The position numbers and the translations under genes were made by a program. The notes below the pieces were generated by a model. The model made no database searches. It saw nothing but the letters and a program-made list of their open reading frames with translations, and was not told where the DNA came from. This document shows positions 23,681 to 33,645 of a DNA stretch of 64,000 nt, one piece after another. Each line of letters opens with the position of its first letter. Position 1 is the first letter of the stretch. The stretch covers positions 54,870,001 to 54,934,000 of the forward strand of contig CM060732.1 of the NCBI GenBank assembly GCA_030704615.1. The letters run 5' to 3'. Source of the DNA: Takakia lepidozioides (Eukaryota > Plantae > Bryophyta).

Positions 23681-25399
23681 CCGTGCACGCTGTGTGGGGT
23701 GAGGCACAATCCTCACCCGACCATCCTCCCACACTCGAAGTAGGTGTATCCCCTCCCACTTGAACCTCTTGGCTCGTTGCAGGATCCGATCCCTCTCCCT
23801 GGCAGTCACAATGGCTGCCGTGTCTCCCGTGCGGAGGTAGTCCAACACAGCCGAATCCTCATGTATATCTCTGGCACCACCTAGCTCATCACTAGCCTCA
23901 GGGTCCTCAGACACTCCATCTACAGTCATCCCTGTTGTAGGTCCAATCTGACCTCCTAATGCCAAGATACACAAAAATGCAGATGCGTGCCATCCCGGCA
24001 CCATCTCCTCGTCCGTCTCACCATGCCACCGAGCTCCAGTGTCATCCTGCTGGCTCATGCATGGATTGCGACTCAATCCATCCGCATCCCGATTGACCAA
24101 ACCCGGTCGATGCACAACCTGAAAGTCATACTCCTGGAGTATAAGTGCCCACCGTGCAAGCTTCCCCGTAAGCTTGTCTGACTCCATCAACCACTTGAGT
24201 GGCTGGTGATCCGTGACAAGGGTGAAAAGATTGCCGTATAGATAGCACCTGAAGTGTGCCACGGCCCACACTGCAGCTAAGCACTCTCCCTCATATGAGC
24301 TGTACTTAGCCTCTGCAGCGTTGTTCGAGCGGCTAGCGTAAGCCACTACGAACTCTCTTCCCTCATCATCCACCTGTGTGAGCACCGCTCCAAGCCCCAG
24401 CATGCTCCAATCCGTATGCAGCTGAAAGGGACGCCCCCTGATAGGTCGTCTCAAGATAGGCGCCGAGGTCAACCTCGCCTTGAGCTCTTGAAAAGCTCGT
24501 TCCTGCTCATCTTCCCACTGCCACTCCTGGTCCACCTTGGTCAGCTTGGTTAGAGCCTTTGCAATGGTACTAAATCCCTTGACAAACCGTCTATAATAGT
24601 TTGCCAACCCCATGAAAGCTCGAACTCGGCTCACATCCGTGGGGCGTGGAATTTGTGCAATGGCCTCTACCTTAGTCTGCTGTACCCCCAATCCTCCAGG
24701 ATATATCATGTGACCCAGATACTCAATCTGGTTGTGGAAAAACTTGCACTTCCCCGGATGCAACTTCAATCCGTGCGCTCTCAAGCGCTCCAATACCACC
24801 TGAAGGTGTCTCTCATGCTCCTCCATCGTAACACTAAAGATGATGATGTCATCTATGTAGCACCGAGCAAAGTCCACCCCTGCTAGAATCCTATCCATGA
24901 CTCTCTGAAACTCTGCAGGAGCATTCTTAAGCCCAAATGGTAAGAACCGCCACTGATATAGGCAATCCTTGCCGTGCTCATTGATCCCCCAGAATGTCGT
25001 CTTCTGCTTGTCCGCCTCCTTGATTGGCAACTGGTGATATCCGGATCGTAAATCCAAAGTGCTAAAGGCCTTAGCATGCCCGATGGCATCAAAGATCTCC
25101 TCTGGTGTTGGCATGGCATACTTATCGGACTTGGTCTGACGATTTACAGGCCGGTAATCACCGCACATACGTCTCTCCGTCCAATTGCCATAGACATCCT
25201 TCTTGGCTGGCATCACTGTGGCTGAAGCATACTCTCCACCAGAGAGCTCCACCAAACCTGCCTCCCAGAGATCTTGAGTCCTCATCTGAATCAAAGACCT
25301 CTCCATGTCACTGTATCTATAGGGTCTCCGAAAGATTGGCGTGTCAGTGGCCAACTCAATACGGATCTCTTGACCCTTCAGTGCTCCCAAGTCCTTCAA
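23573..25399 (-). CDS. Reverse transcriptase + RNase H of the DNMT-Gypsy
   Basis: [65 protein letters not shown]. Confidence 0.97.
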   Translation of the reverse strand: MKDLGALKGQEIRIELATDTPIFRRPYRYSDMERSLIQMRTQDLWEAGLVELSGGEYASATVMPAKKDVYGNWTERRMCGDYRPVNRQTKSDKYAMPTPEEIFDAIGHAKAFSTLDLRSGYHQLPIKEADKQKTTFWGINEHGKDCLYQWRFLPFGLKNAPAEFQRVMDRILAGVDFARCYIDDIIIFSVTMEEHERHLQVVLERLRAHGLKLHPGKCKFFHNQIEYLGHMIYPGGLGVQQTKVEAIAQIPRPTDVSRVRAFMGLANYYRRFVKGFSTIAKALTKLTKVDQEWQWEDEQERAFQELKARLTSAPILRRPIRGRPFQLHTDWSMLGLGAVLTQVDDEGREFVVAYASRSNNAAEAKYSSYEGECLAAVWAVAHFRCYLYGNLFTLVTDHQPLKWLMESDKLTGKLARWALILQEYDFQVVHRPGLVNRDADGLSRNPCMSQQDDTGARWHGETDEEMVPGWHASAFLCILALGGQIGPTTGMTVDGVSEDPEASDELGGARDIHEDSAVLDYLRTGDTAAIVTARERDRILQRAKRFKWEGIHLLRVWEDGRVRIVPHPTQRARLVRHAHEELGHFGVRRTHSLLQGQYWWRGMHTEVQ

Positions 25400-25839
25400 A
25401 CTGAAGGCAAAGCAATTCCTGTAAGCCCTCAGGAACCGCCGTATACGTTGTCTCTCTCCTCCGGTGACAATGGGTCCAATGTCAGGCTCCCAATTGTCCT
25501 CCGTAACTGCAACCTTAAGTCCAGTGGGCTTAGAGGTAGAGGACGCGTCCAGTGGTTGCTATGTTGCAACCTCTTGAGCAGTACTCCCTCCCTGCTCAGT
25601 CAATGACAAGGCCTCATCCTGCCCCATCATCTCATCCTTGAGGACCTCCTCAACCCGAGAAGAATCCCCAACCTCATCCATCACAGCCGCCTTGGCTGCC
25701 AACTCCCTCTGAACCTCGAGCACCTCCCACGTGTGCCATGGATGCATGCACCCCGTGGTCCTCACATGCTCGCCCCACTCACTGCCTGTACCGTCTCGGT
25801 AGGCAGAGAGACCATCGAGGGAAGTGTACTCCGCACTCT

Positions 25840-26800
25840 GCGTTGCTCAGCCAGAGCCAAGCTGATAATCCAGGTCAAGCAATTGAGATCCATTGCTTGC
25901 CCCAACACTTGACGACGTGATGCCTCAGAAAGAGACGACACCGCCGTGGTACCAGTGGTAAAACCCATTGCCCGCTCACGCTCGTCAGCATTAGGCTCCA
26001 CTAACTGCTGCAACTGAGCATCCCACAGGAGGCCAGGTCCACTATCCCGGAAAGCATGCGATCCTGGGAAGCTGAGCAGTGTAGGTAATGCTGCTCGTGG
26101 TTGACCCACCTTGTTGACCACTGCCAAAGGCGAACGGTCATCGTGTCTCACACGCTGAGACTGCCTCCCTGTGTCCAGAATGTTATCCACTGTGAGATGT
26201 GCTGGCCGCTGCACCCCATCAAATGCACGCTTGAGCAGTGCGGGTGGCATCAAGTTAGTCCACCATAGCCGTGGACGATGAGCCCGTGACCCCACTGTAG
26301 CTGCATCTAGCAACACTGCTGACCCAAGCCACGACCGGACTTGATGCACACTGGCCATCACCCTGGCCCGAGAATCGCCCATCAGTGGCACATTCTCCAA
26401 GATGTATGCTGGAGATACAGCTTGATGAAGCTGCAAGTGGCGCAAAACCCGCACCATCTCCCAAAACAGACCCGACCTCGAGTCTCGCAATCCATTGCCA
26501 TGCCCGGCTGATGAATGCCCTTGGCAGGGCCAACCTGCCACTACCAGATCAATGGAGCCAACCCGCTCCAAATCCTGCGCCCCCAGCAACGAAATGTCTG
26601 CTGGCAAGGCCTGCTGATATCCACGAATTGAGACATTGCTGACCAACTGACAACATGGCGAAGTGAAACGCGTCGTGCAGTCTCATCCCTCTCCACATAC
26701 AGGTAACGCCGAACTCGTACACCTGCCTGTAACACAGCAGCCAATCCGGTGCTGATCCCGCCAAACAAGTCCAGAAGACAAATGCCTTCATCCGGATACT
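25840..26800 (-). CDS. C5-cytosine DNA methyltransferase domain, DNMT3-like, within the retrotransposon polyprotein (one frameshift ~26645)
   Basis: Motif I LLDLFGGISTG, II YVERD, III DI, IV DLVVAGWPCQ, SGLFWE, VI ILENV, VIII AHRPRLWWTNL, IX ERERAMGF, X RRQVLGQAM. Confidence 0.93.
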
Positions 26801-27199
26801 GCCACACAATAGGTGTGGTGTCCAATGGAGACAATTGAGGTGGTCCTGGTGCAATCCCCACACTCTCCTCCTCTCCTGACGGTACAAAAGCCTCCCCCAG
26901 GCTTGTTGCACCCGTCGATCAGCATCCCGCTGCAAATCCTTGCTCGTGCCCCACAATGGAGTCTGAGCAACCATGGTAGGCAACTCCGCCATACCATACA
27001 TGTCATCTGCTCTCCCGGAGGTGGTACATCCTCTGAATGAGCATTGCCCTCAAGCAACTCTCTAGGCCAACTCACTGCCGCTGTGAATGCTGCTAGTGTC
27101 GGCATCTTGCCTCGCTGGGCAACCGCAACTCTTCCTATGAACGTCACAGGAGCTGCACACGCCGCCCTCCCCTGACTGCCATGCAGGCCTATAGAAAGC

Positions 27200-27570
27200 T
27201 GACTCCTCCCAAAAATCCAGGGTGAAGCCCATGGGGTACAACACTGCCCCACCAACCAGGACATCGTATGAGACCGCGTCTGTCACAATGGCCTTGGCTC
27301 GCATCACTGAGCCATCTGTAGGGTGATCCGGCCGTAGTCTGATAGCCAACTCACGCGTGTCATGCCCCGAGCCTGCTCCGATCCTCCCAGAGACGTCTGT
27401 ATCTGGAAAGGACAAGACTCCATATCCGCCTCGTGAGGCCCAAGCCTGCAATAGCAGCTCTGCCCAGCATCAATGGCTGAGCTCCCGAGTCCAACAAGAC
27501 CCGCAGTGGCCGGTACCTCTTGCCTGCCGGTCCACTCAAACAGAAAATGTCATCCTGGTTGTCTAACATG
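27200..27570 (-). CDS. Retropepsin aspartic protease (frameshifted)
   Basis: RVLLDSGAQPLML ... SYDVLVGGAVL. Confidence 0.85.
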
Positions 27571-28129
27571 ACAACTCCAGGTGTCACCATGGCGCGCTCA
27601 ATGGCTGGCCTAGCTGGCAGCTCCATCAACCTGGCAGCTGCAGCTTGCCATGGCGCCGCCGTGGCAATCTTGACCCTCAAATCCGAGGATCCCTCCGGCA
27701 CTACACCTCTCACTATCTCCGCAGAAGATGAAGTAACCTCCCCACTCTCACAGAGTGTAGCTGCCAGCCTGAACACCTCAGCTGGTTTTACCCCGGCGTC
27801 GCAATCATGGTAGCCGAGAACAATGGAGCCTGGCACACAGATGTGGCCGCTCCTAGCAGCACACTAGCTGCCGTAGCCTTGGCAACACTAGGTAGTGGTG
27901 CTACCCGTGTAGCTCTCCCCAATGGCATAGTAACCTCCGCCTCGGTAACCGTCGGGCGAGAACTAGGTGCCATGGATGGCGTCGACACTGTCTCCGCCAA
28001 TGTGAATGACTGAGGAAGCCTAGCCTGACGGCTTGCCTCCCCACGCTGTGGATCCAACTCCACCTCTGCACCTCGTGGCTCAGGAACTCGTGCTGCTCCT
28101 CGAGTCACGGCTGCAGCAGACTCCACCTG

Positions 28130-29570
28130 CACTAGTGGTAGTGCTGCTCCACACATGAATCCCATGCCTCCCATATCTCCTCTCTCAGGAGCAGGAGGTG
28201 GACCATCCGCCTTAGAGCCGGTACCACCTGAGCTGTAGCCATGGCAGCGAGCCTCTGCTCTAGCTGCTGAAGCCGGTTGGCCATGCCTTGGTCAACACCC
28301 TGACCTCCGCGTCCTTGGCCACGTTGAGCTTGCCCTTGGCCTTGTGGCTGGCCACCTCGTCCTCTCTGGGCTGCTCCACCTCGCCCCCGGCCACCATTGT
28401 TCCCTTGGAACTGTCCTGGGCGCAACTCAGGATGCAAACCATAACACTGGGCCTCTCCATGCCCGTGCTTGCCACAATGCCCAACTGCAACTGTGCCGAC
28501 CCTTTGCCTCCCTCTGGCAATCCTTCTTGACATGGGGTCCTCCACATGTCCAGTACACCACATCCGCCCGTTGTTGGCCAGCAAATGAAGGGAGAGACCC
28601 TGCATCTGAGGTCCTCTCTGCCCTTCCCTGAGCTTCACCTGAGCCCCTTGTTGCCTTGAGCACGTTGAGGTAGTGGTTGGCTAGGAGCACCACTACCCCG
28701 TGGTGTCTCCTTAGCAAATCCCACCATGACCACTCGTTCCTCCACCATGTTGAGCTCTATCCGCTCTGCCAGCAAAAACACATTTGCTAAGGTGGGTTGG
28801 GCCGCTTGTAGGAGAGTTGCATCCCGCACCCTTCTCCTCAGCTCCTTGTCCAATATCCCATACCAGAATTGGACTGCCTGAGCTTCCGTAACCCTTGGTT
28901 ACATTTATCAAGCGCCTCATGCGAGTGAAAGCCTCCCTCAAGCTCTCGGTCGGCTTCCGTTGGAACTCTTGCAAGCTCCGCAACTTCTCTGTCCTCACCC
29001 CTTGGTAGTTCCCTCTCAACTCTTCGAAGAACTCCACAACAGGGTTGAAGGCAGGCACGGGTGCTAGTGCTGGGCGCGGTAGTGGCTTGGGTGGACGTCG
29101 TAGCTACTGTACCACCAGTCCCCTAGTTCCACTGCTACTTGCTGAAGTGCCGGTGGTGCAGCGGCAGGTGTAGCCACTGCCCTCGTGGCTCTAGTGCCCC
29201 TAGTGATGGAGACATAGTCGGGTGACCAGTACATCCTCCACTCCTCGATCTCAACCTCATGCCCCCGCCTGAACTCATGGTAATCATCCATAGGCGGCCC
29301 CTCAAGGTGCTGAAACAGCCCTTTCCATGCCATGAACGGCGTAAATAGTTGTGGATTGCGCATTTGCTGCAAATCACACCAACTATCAAACTCTTGGATA
29401 AAATCATCCAACTCGATGGTGCCCACCGCCCCAGAGTACCTTCGTGGCCCTTGGTAGCTCCATACATCTCCTCCATTGTGTCCCACAACAATGGCAAAGA
29501 AACAACTTGCACCGCCGGTATGAGTCCTCCTGATTCACAATCCGAATCAGAACCTTCCGTGGAAGACACA
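28130..29570 (-). CDS. Gag (capsid + zinc knuckles), several frameshifts
   Basis: LDDFIQEFDSWC, KLRSLQEFQRKPTESLREAFTRMRRL, WTCGGPHVKKDC, HCGKHGHGEAQC, RGG-rich tract. Confidence 0.8.
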
Positions 29571-30419
29571 GGAGGTGAAGGTGGCCTAAACGCACACCTC
29601 GTCTCGTGTACCCACTAGTATCGCTAGTGCTCGAACCGGCACTGTCCCCAGCAACTAGTGGCACCTCCGTGTTGACACTCAACCGGTCATCATGAACATG
29701 TCCCTAACCCCCTCTCCACAAGGTAACCGGGTAGAGAACCTGTTGCGGCTTATGGTTTGGAATACTAAGTTCCTAACATAGCCTACACTGTACCTGCATC
29801 CACCGCAAGCACTCCTATGGTTGGCTGGTCATCACCTCCAACCTCACCACAGGAGAAACAATGATGGTCTGGCTGGTCATCACCCCAGCCTCACCATCGA
29901 CAGCATGCTCTAGGACTGGCCGGTGATCAAATCCGGACCAATCACCTATAAAAACAAGCGCCCACACAAAACTAGCATGGCGCACAGTCAAGCATGCAGG
30001 TATGGAGGGGATCCAAACACAAGAAATCAGAACGACAACTCCCCCACACCAAAAACAACTCCACGGTGTTGCTCCTGCAAGGACACCCCAGCCCAAACCC
30101 GGACTGACTCTTGCCTCCACCTACGGAAAGGTCTTGGCCTAATGAGAGGGTGGAAACTACGAGGAAGAGAAGCTAAAGCAATGCCTAACCCCAGCATGCC
30201 CTCATCCCAACACTCTTCCTCTCCTCTCTCCCTCACTTGCATGACCATGGGAATATCATGAAGATACTCCTCAAACCGCCCTCCACGAGCTTCAAAATTC
30301 GGCCTTACAGACCACATGCCAGTCCTTAGGCAGTCCACCAGTGCCTCCCGAGTCAGCACAGGCCGTCCACAGGTCAACACGGGCCACCACAGACCAGCAT
30401 AGGCCCACACAGCTCACTG

Positions 30420-31190
30420 GTCACAGCCGTCACAGTCCCACAGGCCACTGGGCACAGCCTGTCACAGCCCCTCCTAGCCCGTCACAGCCCCAAAGGCCTC
30501 ACGCACGGCCTGTCACAGCCCCTCACAGCCCATCACAGCCCAAAGGCCATGGGCAGCCGGCACAGCCCCGCACAGCCCGTCACAGCCCCACAGGCCATGG
30601 CACAGTCGTCACAGCCCCCCACAGCCCGTCACAGCCCCACAGGCCACTGGCACAGCCCCTCACAGCCCCTCACAGCCCCACAGGCCTCAGGCACGGCCTG
30701 ACACAGCCCCTCACAGCCATCACAGCCCCAAAGGCCTCAGGCAACGGCCTGTCACAGCCCCTCACAGCCCGTCACAGCCCCAAAGGCCTCAGGACGGCCT
30801 GTCACAGCCCTCACAGCCGTCACAGCCCCCCAAAGGCCATGGGCACAGCCTGTCACAGCCCTCACAGCCCGTCACAGCCCCATAGGCCACTGGGCACAGC
30901 CTGTCACAGCCCCGCAGAGCCCGTCACAGCCCCACGGCCACTAGGCACAGCCTGTCAACAGCCCGTCACAGCCCCACAGGCCTCTGGGCACAGCCTGTCA
31001 CAGCCCCGCACAGCCCATCACAGCTCGCCACAGCCTGTCACAGCCCGTCACAGCCCGTCACAGCCCCACAGGCCACATGGCACAGCCCGTCACAGCCTCA
31101 CAGCCACTGGGCACAGCCTGTCACAGCCCCTCACAGCCCCAAAGGCCACGGGCACAGTCTGTCACAGCCCCTCATAGCCCGTCACAGCCC
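30420..31190. repeat. Degenerate minisatellite of (GT/CT)CACAGCC(C) units in the retroelement 5' leader
   Basis: Dozens of cacagcc units spaced ~11-12 bp apart, interspersed with aggcc. Confidence 0.9.
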
Positions 31191-32712
31191 CATCCATGGC
31201 CGCTCTGGCAGTTTAGCCATTTCTCCAAGGGGTTTAGCCACGCCAAGCTAGGGTTTGTGTCTCTTGGACTCTAGGCTTCTTTCCACCGAGCTATGGCAGC
31301 TGTGAGGAAATCAGCAAGGTATTCTTGCTCTTTCGGCTCCCACACACCACCATAGTAGCCCTAAGCCATGAGGTGGTTGCCACAAACCAAGCCTTCTTTC
31401 TCACTTAGCCTCCCCAAACACGCCACTAAACTCAATGGCAAACAACCAAGCCCTGCTGGTTCCCAGCCCTTGTGAGCACTCATTCAAGCACTCTCCTTGG
31501 CCATAGCATCTGTCTTAGAGCCTATTCCAGCCCCCTACACCTGCTGCTTCAAGAGTTGCGCTCCCTTCAAGCTTGAAGTTGAAACCCCAACTCACATAGG
31601 CCCTACAAGTGCTTTTCTTTCACTCCAAGTGGAAACCAGCCCTAGACCTTCCGTTCTAGCTCTCTAAAGCTTGAAAATAAGAGCGTCAATGGGCTGAAGG
31701 CATGCTCCACACATGCCCCACTCTCACCATAAGAGAATCAGCTCCTTTGCTTCATTTCTTGCACCCACAAACCTGAAAATACAAGCTTCAGCAGGCTGAA
31801 AGCATGCTCCACATGCCCTACAGGGAAACCAGCCCCTTCCTTTTTTTCTTGCACTCACACACCTGAAAGTGCAAGCCTTCACCAGGCTGATAGCATGCTC
31901 CACACATGCATTGCCCTCACATAAGGGAAGTCAGCCCTTCCCTCTTCCTTGCTTGCCCTCCAAGCTTGAAGATGGAAGCTTCAATGAGCTGAATACATGC
32001 TCCACACATGCAACCTTTTCACACAAGAGATATCAGCCCCCTATCTTGGCTCCTTGGCTCCTTGATGCTCTCTAAGACAAGACTAAGCACTCCACAGCCT
32101 TTGCCAAGCTCTTGAAACCCTAAGGCTTACATTTCCAGCCACAAGACACTTCTCTTGTGGTGCAAGAGCTCTTCTTCCAAGCTCTGAAACCCTAGGTGCA
32201 CATTCCATGGCTTTGCCGCACCTCTTAGCTCTTGTTCCAGCCCTGCTCTTGCCATGACAAGAGCCCTCTCAATGCTGAAGCTCGAGATTGAAACCCAATC
32301 TCACCATACTCCACAAAGTGCACTGATTTGCCCCAAAGCCAAAATCAGCCCTTTCGTTTGGTCTTGCAATCCTTCACACAATGAAAGCTCGCATTCCCAA
32401 GTCCAGTTCTCAGCTTTGCCCCCAAAGCCACTATAACCTGCTCTTGACTAGTCCTCTTCCCAATCGTGCTTGCTCATGCATGTACACAATCTGAAACCAT
32501 CAAGGTGCTCTGGAATTACCTGCAGCATGGTGCTTTCATCTCTGAAGCTGAAGATCGAATGCCAAGGTCTACCACCTCGTAACCCACATCGCCTCCGCTT
32601 CTAACAACCAAGAGCTCCACGGTGCTCCTTTCATAACAACTTGGTTTCTCTTATTCTCAAGCAAAAACCACAAGTGCTACAACTAACTCGTATCTGGCAC
32701 TCACAGATACGA

Positions 32713-32729
32713 GCTCATCTTTCTCAAGT
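32713..32729 (-). promoter_or_regulatory. Self-priming-type primer-binding site, complementary to LTR sequence 32894-32910
   Basis: Sense ACTTGAGAAAGATGAGC pairs with LTR sense GCTCATCTTTCTCGAGT (16 Watson-Crick pairs + 1 G-U); no TGG tRNA PBS. Confidence 0.75.
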
Positions 32730-33645
32730 GATAAAGAAGAAGAATACAAGCACAAGCTCATGCGAGCTCACAAAGCTGAAGCATAAACTCATGCATATAT
32801 AACCTCATCACTCAAATACAAGTCAAGCCAAGTGCACCCCACGCCATGGGGGAATCCACACTACGGCGCCATAGCTAGGCGCGGTGAGGCTCAACTCGAG
32901 AAAGATGAGCCTTCCGCGCTTGCCGTGAAGATAACCACTCCAGGGCCTAAATCTGCCTTGACCCCTGGATTGACACTTGGGCCAATCCCAAATGTCAATA
33001 TGTAAAAGCTAGCTATTTCCTAGCTAGTTTCACACTAGTGGTAAAATAACTTGACAGAGCTCATGGACTGCAGGGTACCACATCTCGGTTCTCAATAGTT
33101 TTTTGAAGCCTTTGAAATACTATTGCTACGTTTCATTGAATATAAAAATTGGAAAAATGCCGGCATACTTATGGGGATGATTATCCTAACATGTACCTCC
33201 TTATGATCTACTACGGGATATGTACCAATAGTTCAAAGGTCAAGGAAATAGGGACGGTGGGAGCAACCAATATGGAGATGGGAATAGGTGCAGTAGAGCA
33301 GCGGATGGAGACTTGTATCCACTTCAAGTGTGAGACTTTGAACATATTAATATTTTAACTAGAATATATTAGAATATATTTTACCTACCTATACCTACAC
33401 CTAGATTGGATCATAGCTGGACCCTGGGACCTTAAAATTCTACAGGTCCGGGTTTGTGCCCACATCAGCCCCGCCGGTTCTAGCTGAGCTCGGGTATGCA
33501 ACTCATGTGGGCCCCCGCCGGGTCCAGCTCAATCCGGGTACCACCTGTATTCTAGTGTCGGCCGGTCCATATACTTTGATACCCTGAAAAAGAACCGGCA
33601 GGGTACATAGGTCCAGACTGGTACCCGCCCAACACTGGTCATAGC

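Larger units (their letters stand above)
21475..33056 (-). mobile_element. Ty3/Gypsy retrotransposon with DNMT3-like methyltransferase and PHD finger, permuted (split) LTRs
   Basis: TG...CA termini, 4-bp TSD GAGC (21471-21474 / 33057-33060); gag-PR-MTase-RT-RH-INT-PHD; repeats B1 32729-33056, A1 21980-22167, B2 21652-21977, A2 21475-21650. Confidence 0.93.
21293..33637. mobile_element. Non-autonomous hAT-like DNA transposon (~760 bp own sequence: 21293-21474 + 33057-33637) split by the DNMT-Gypsy
   Basis: Imperfect TIRs CAATATTGGCCGGGT / ACCCGCCCAACACTG, degenerate 8-bp TSD ATCACAGC (21285-21292) / GTCATAGC (33638-33645), CCGG-rich subtermini; GLE1-fragment sequence resumes across it. Confidence 0.6.

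Noticed and set aside
25762-26861. Bacterial restriction-modification MTase or contamination
   Set aside because: It lies between retroviral protease and RT, has DNMT3-like motifs, and is flanked by spliced plant genes
30341-31177. 278-aa Pro/Ser/His-rich ORF
   Set aside because: Translation of a stop-free minisatellite, antisense to the retroelement
21475-33056. Classification as a DIRS/Ngaro/PAT element because of the split direct repeats
   Set aside because: No tyrosine recombinase is visible; it has an aspartic protease, a DDE integrase, a PPT and a TSD
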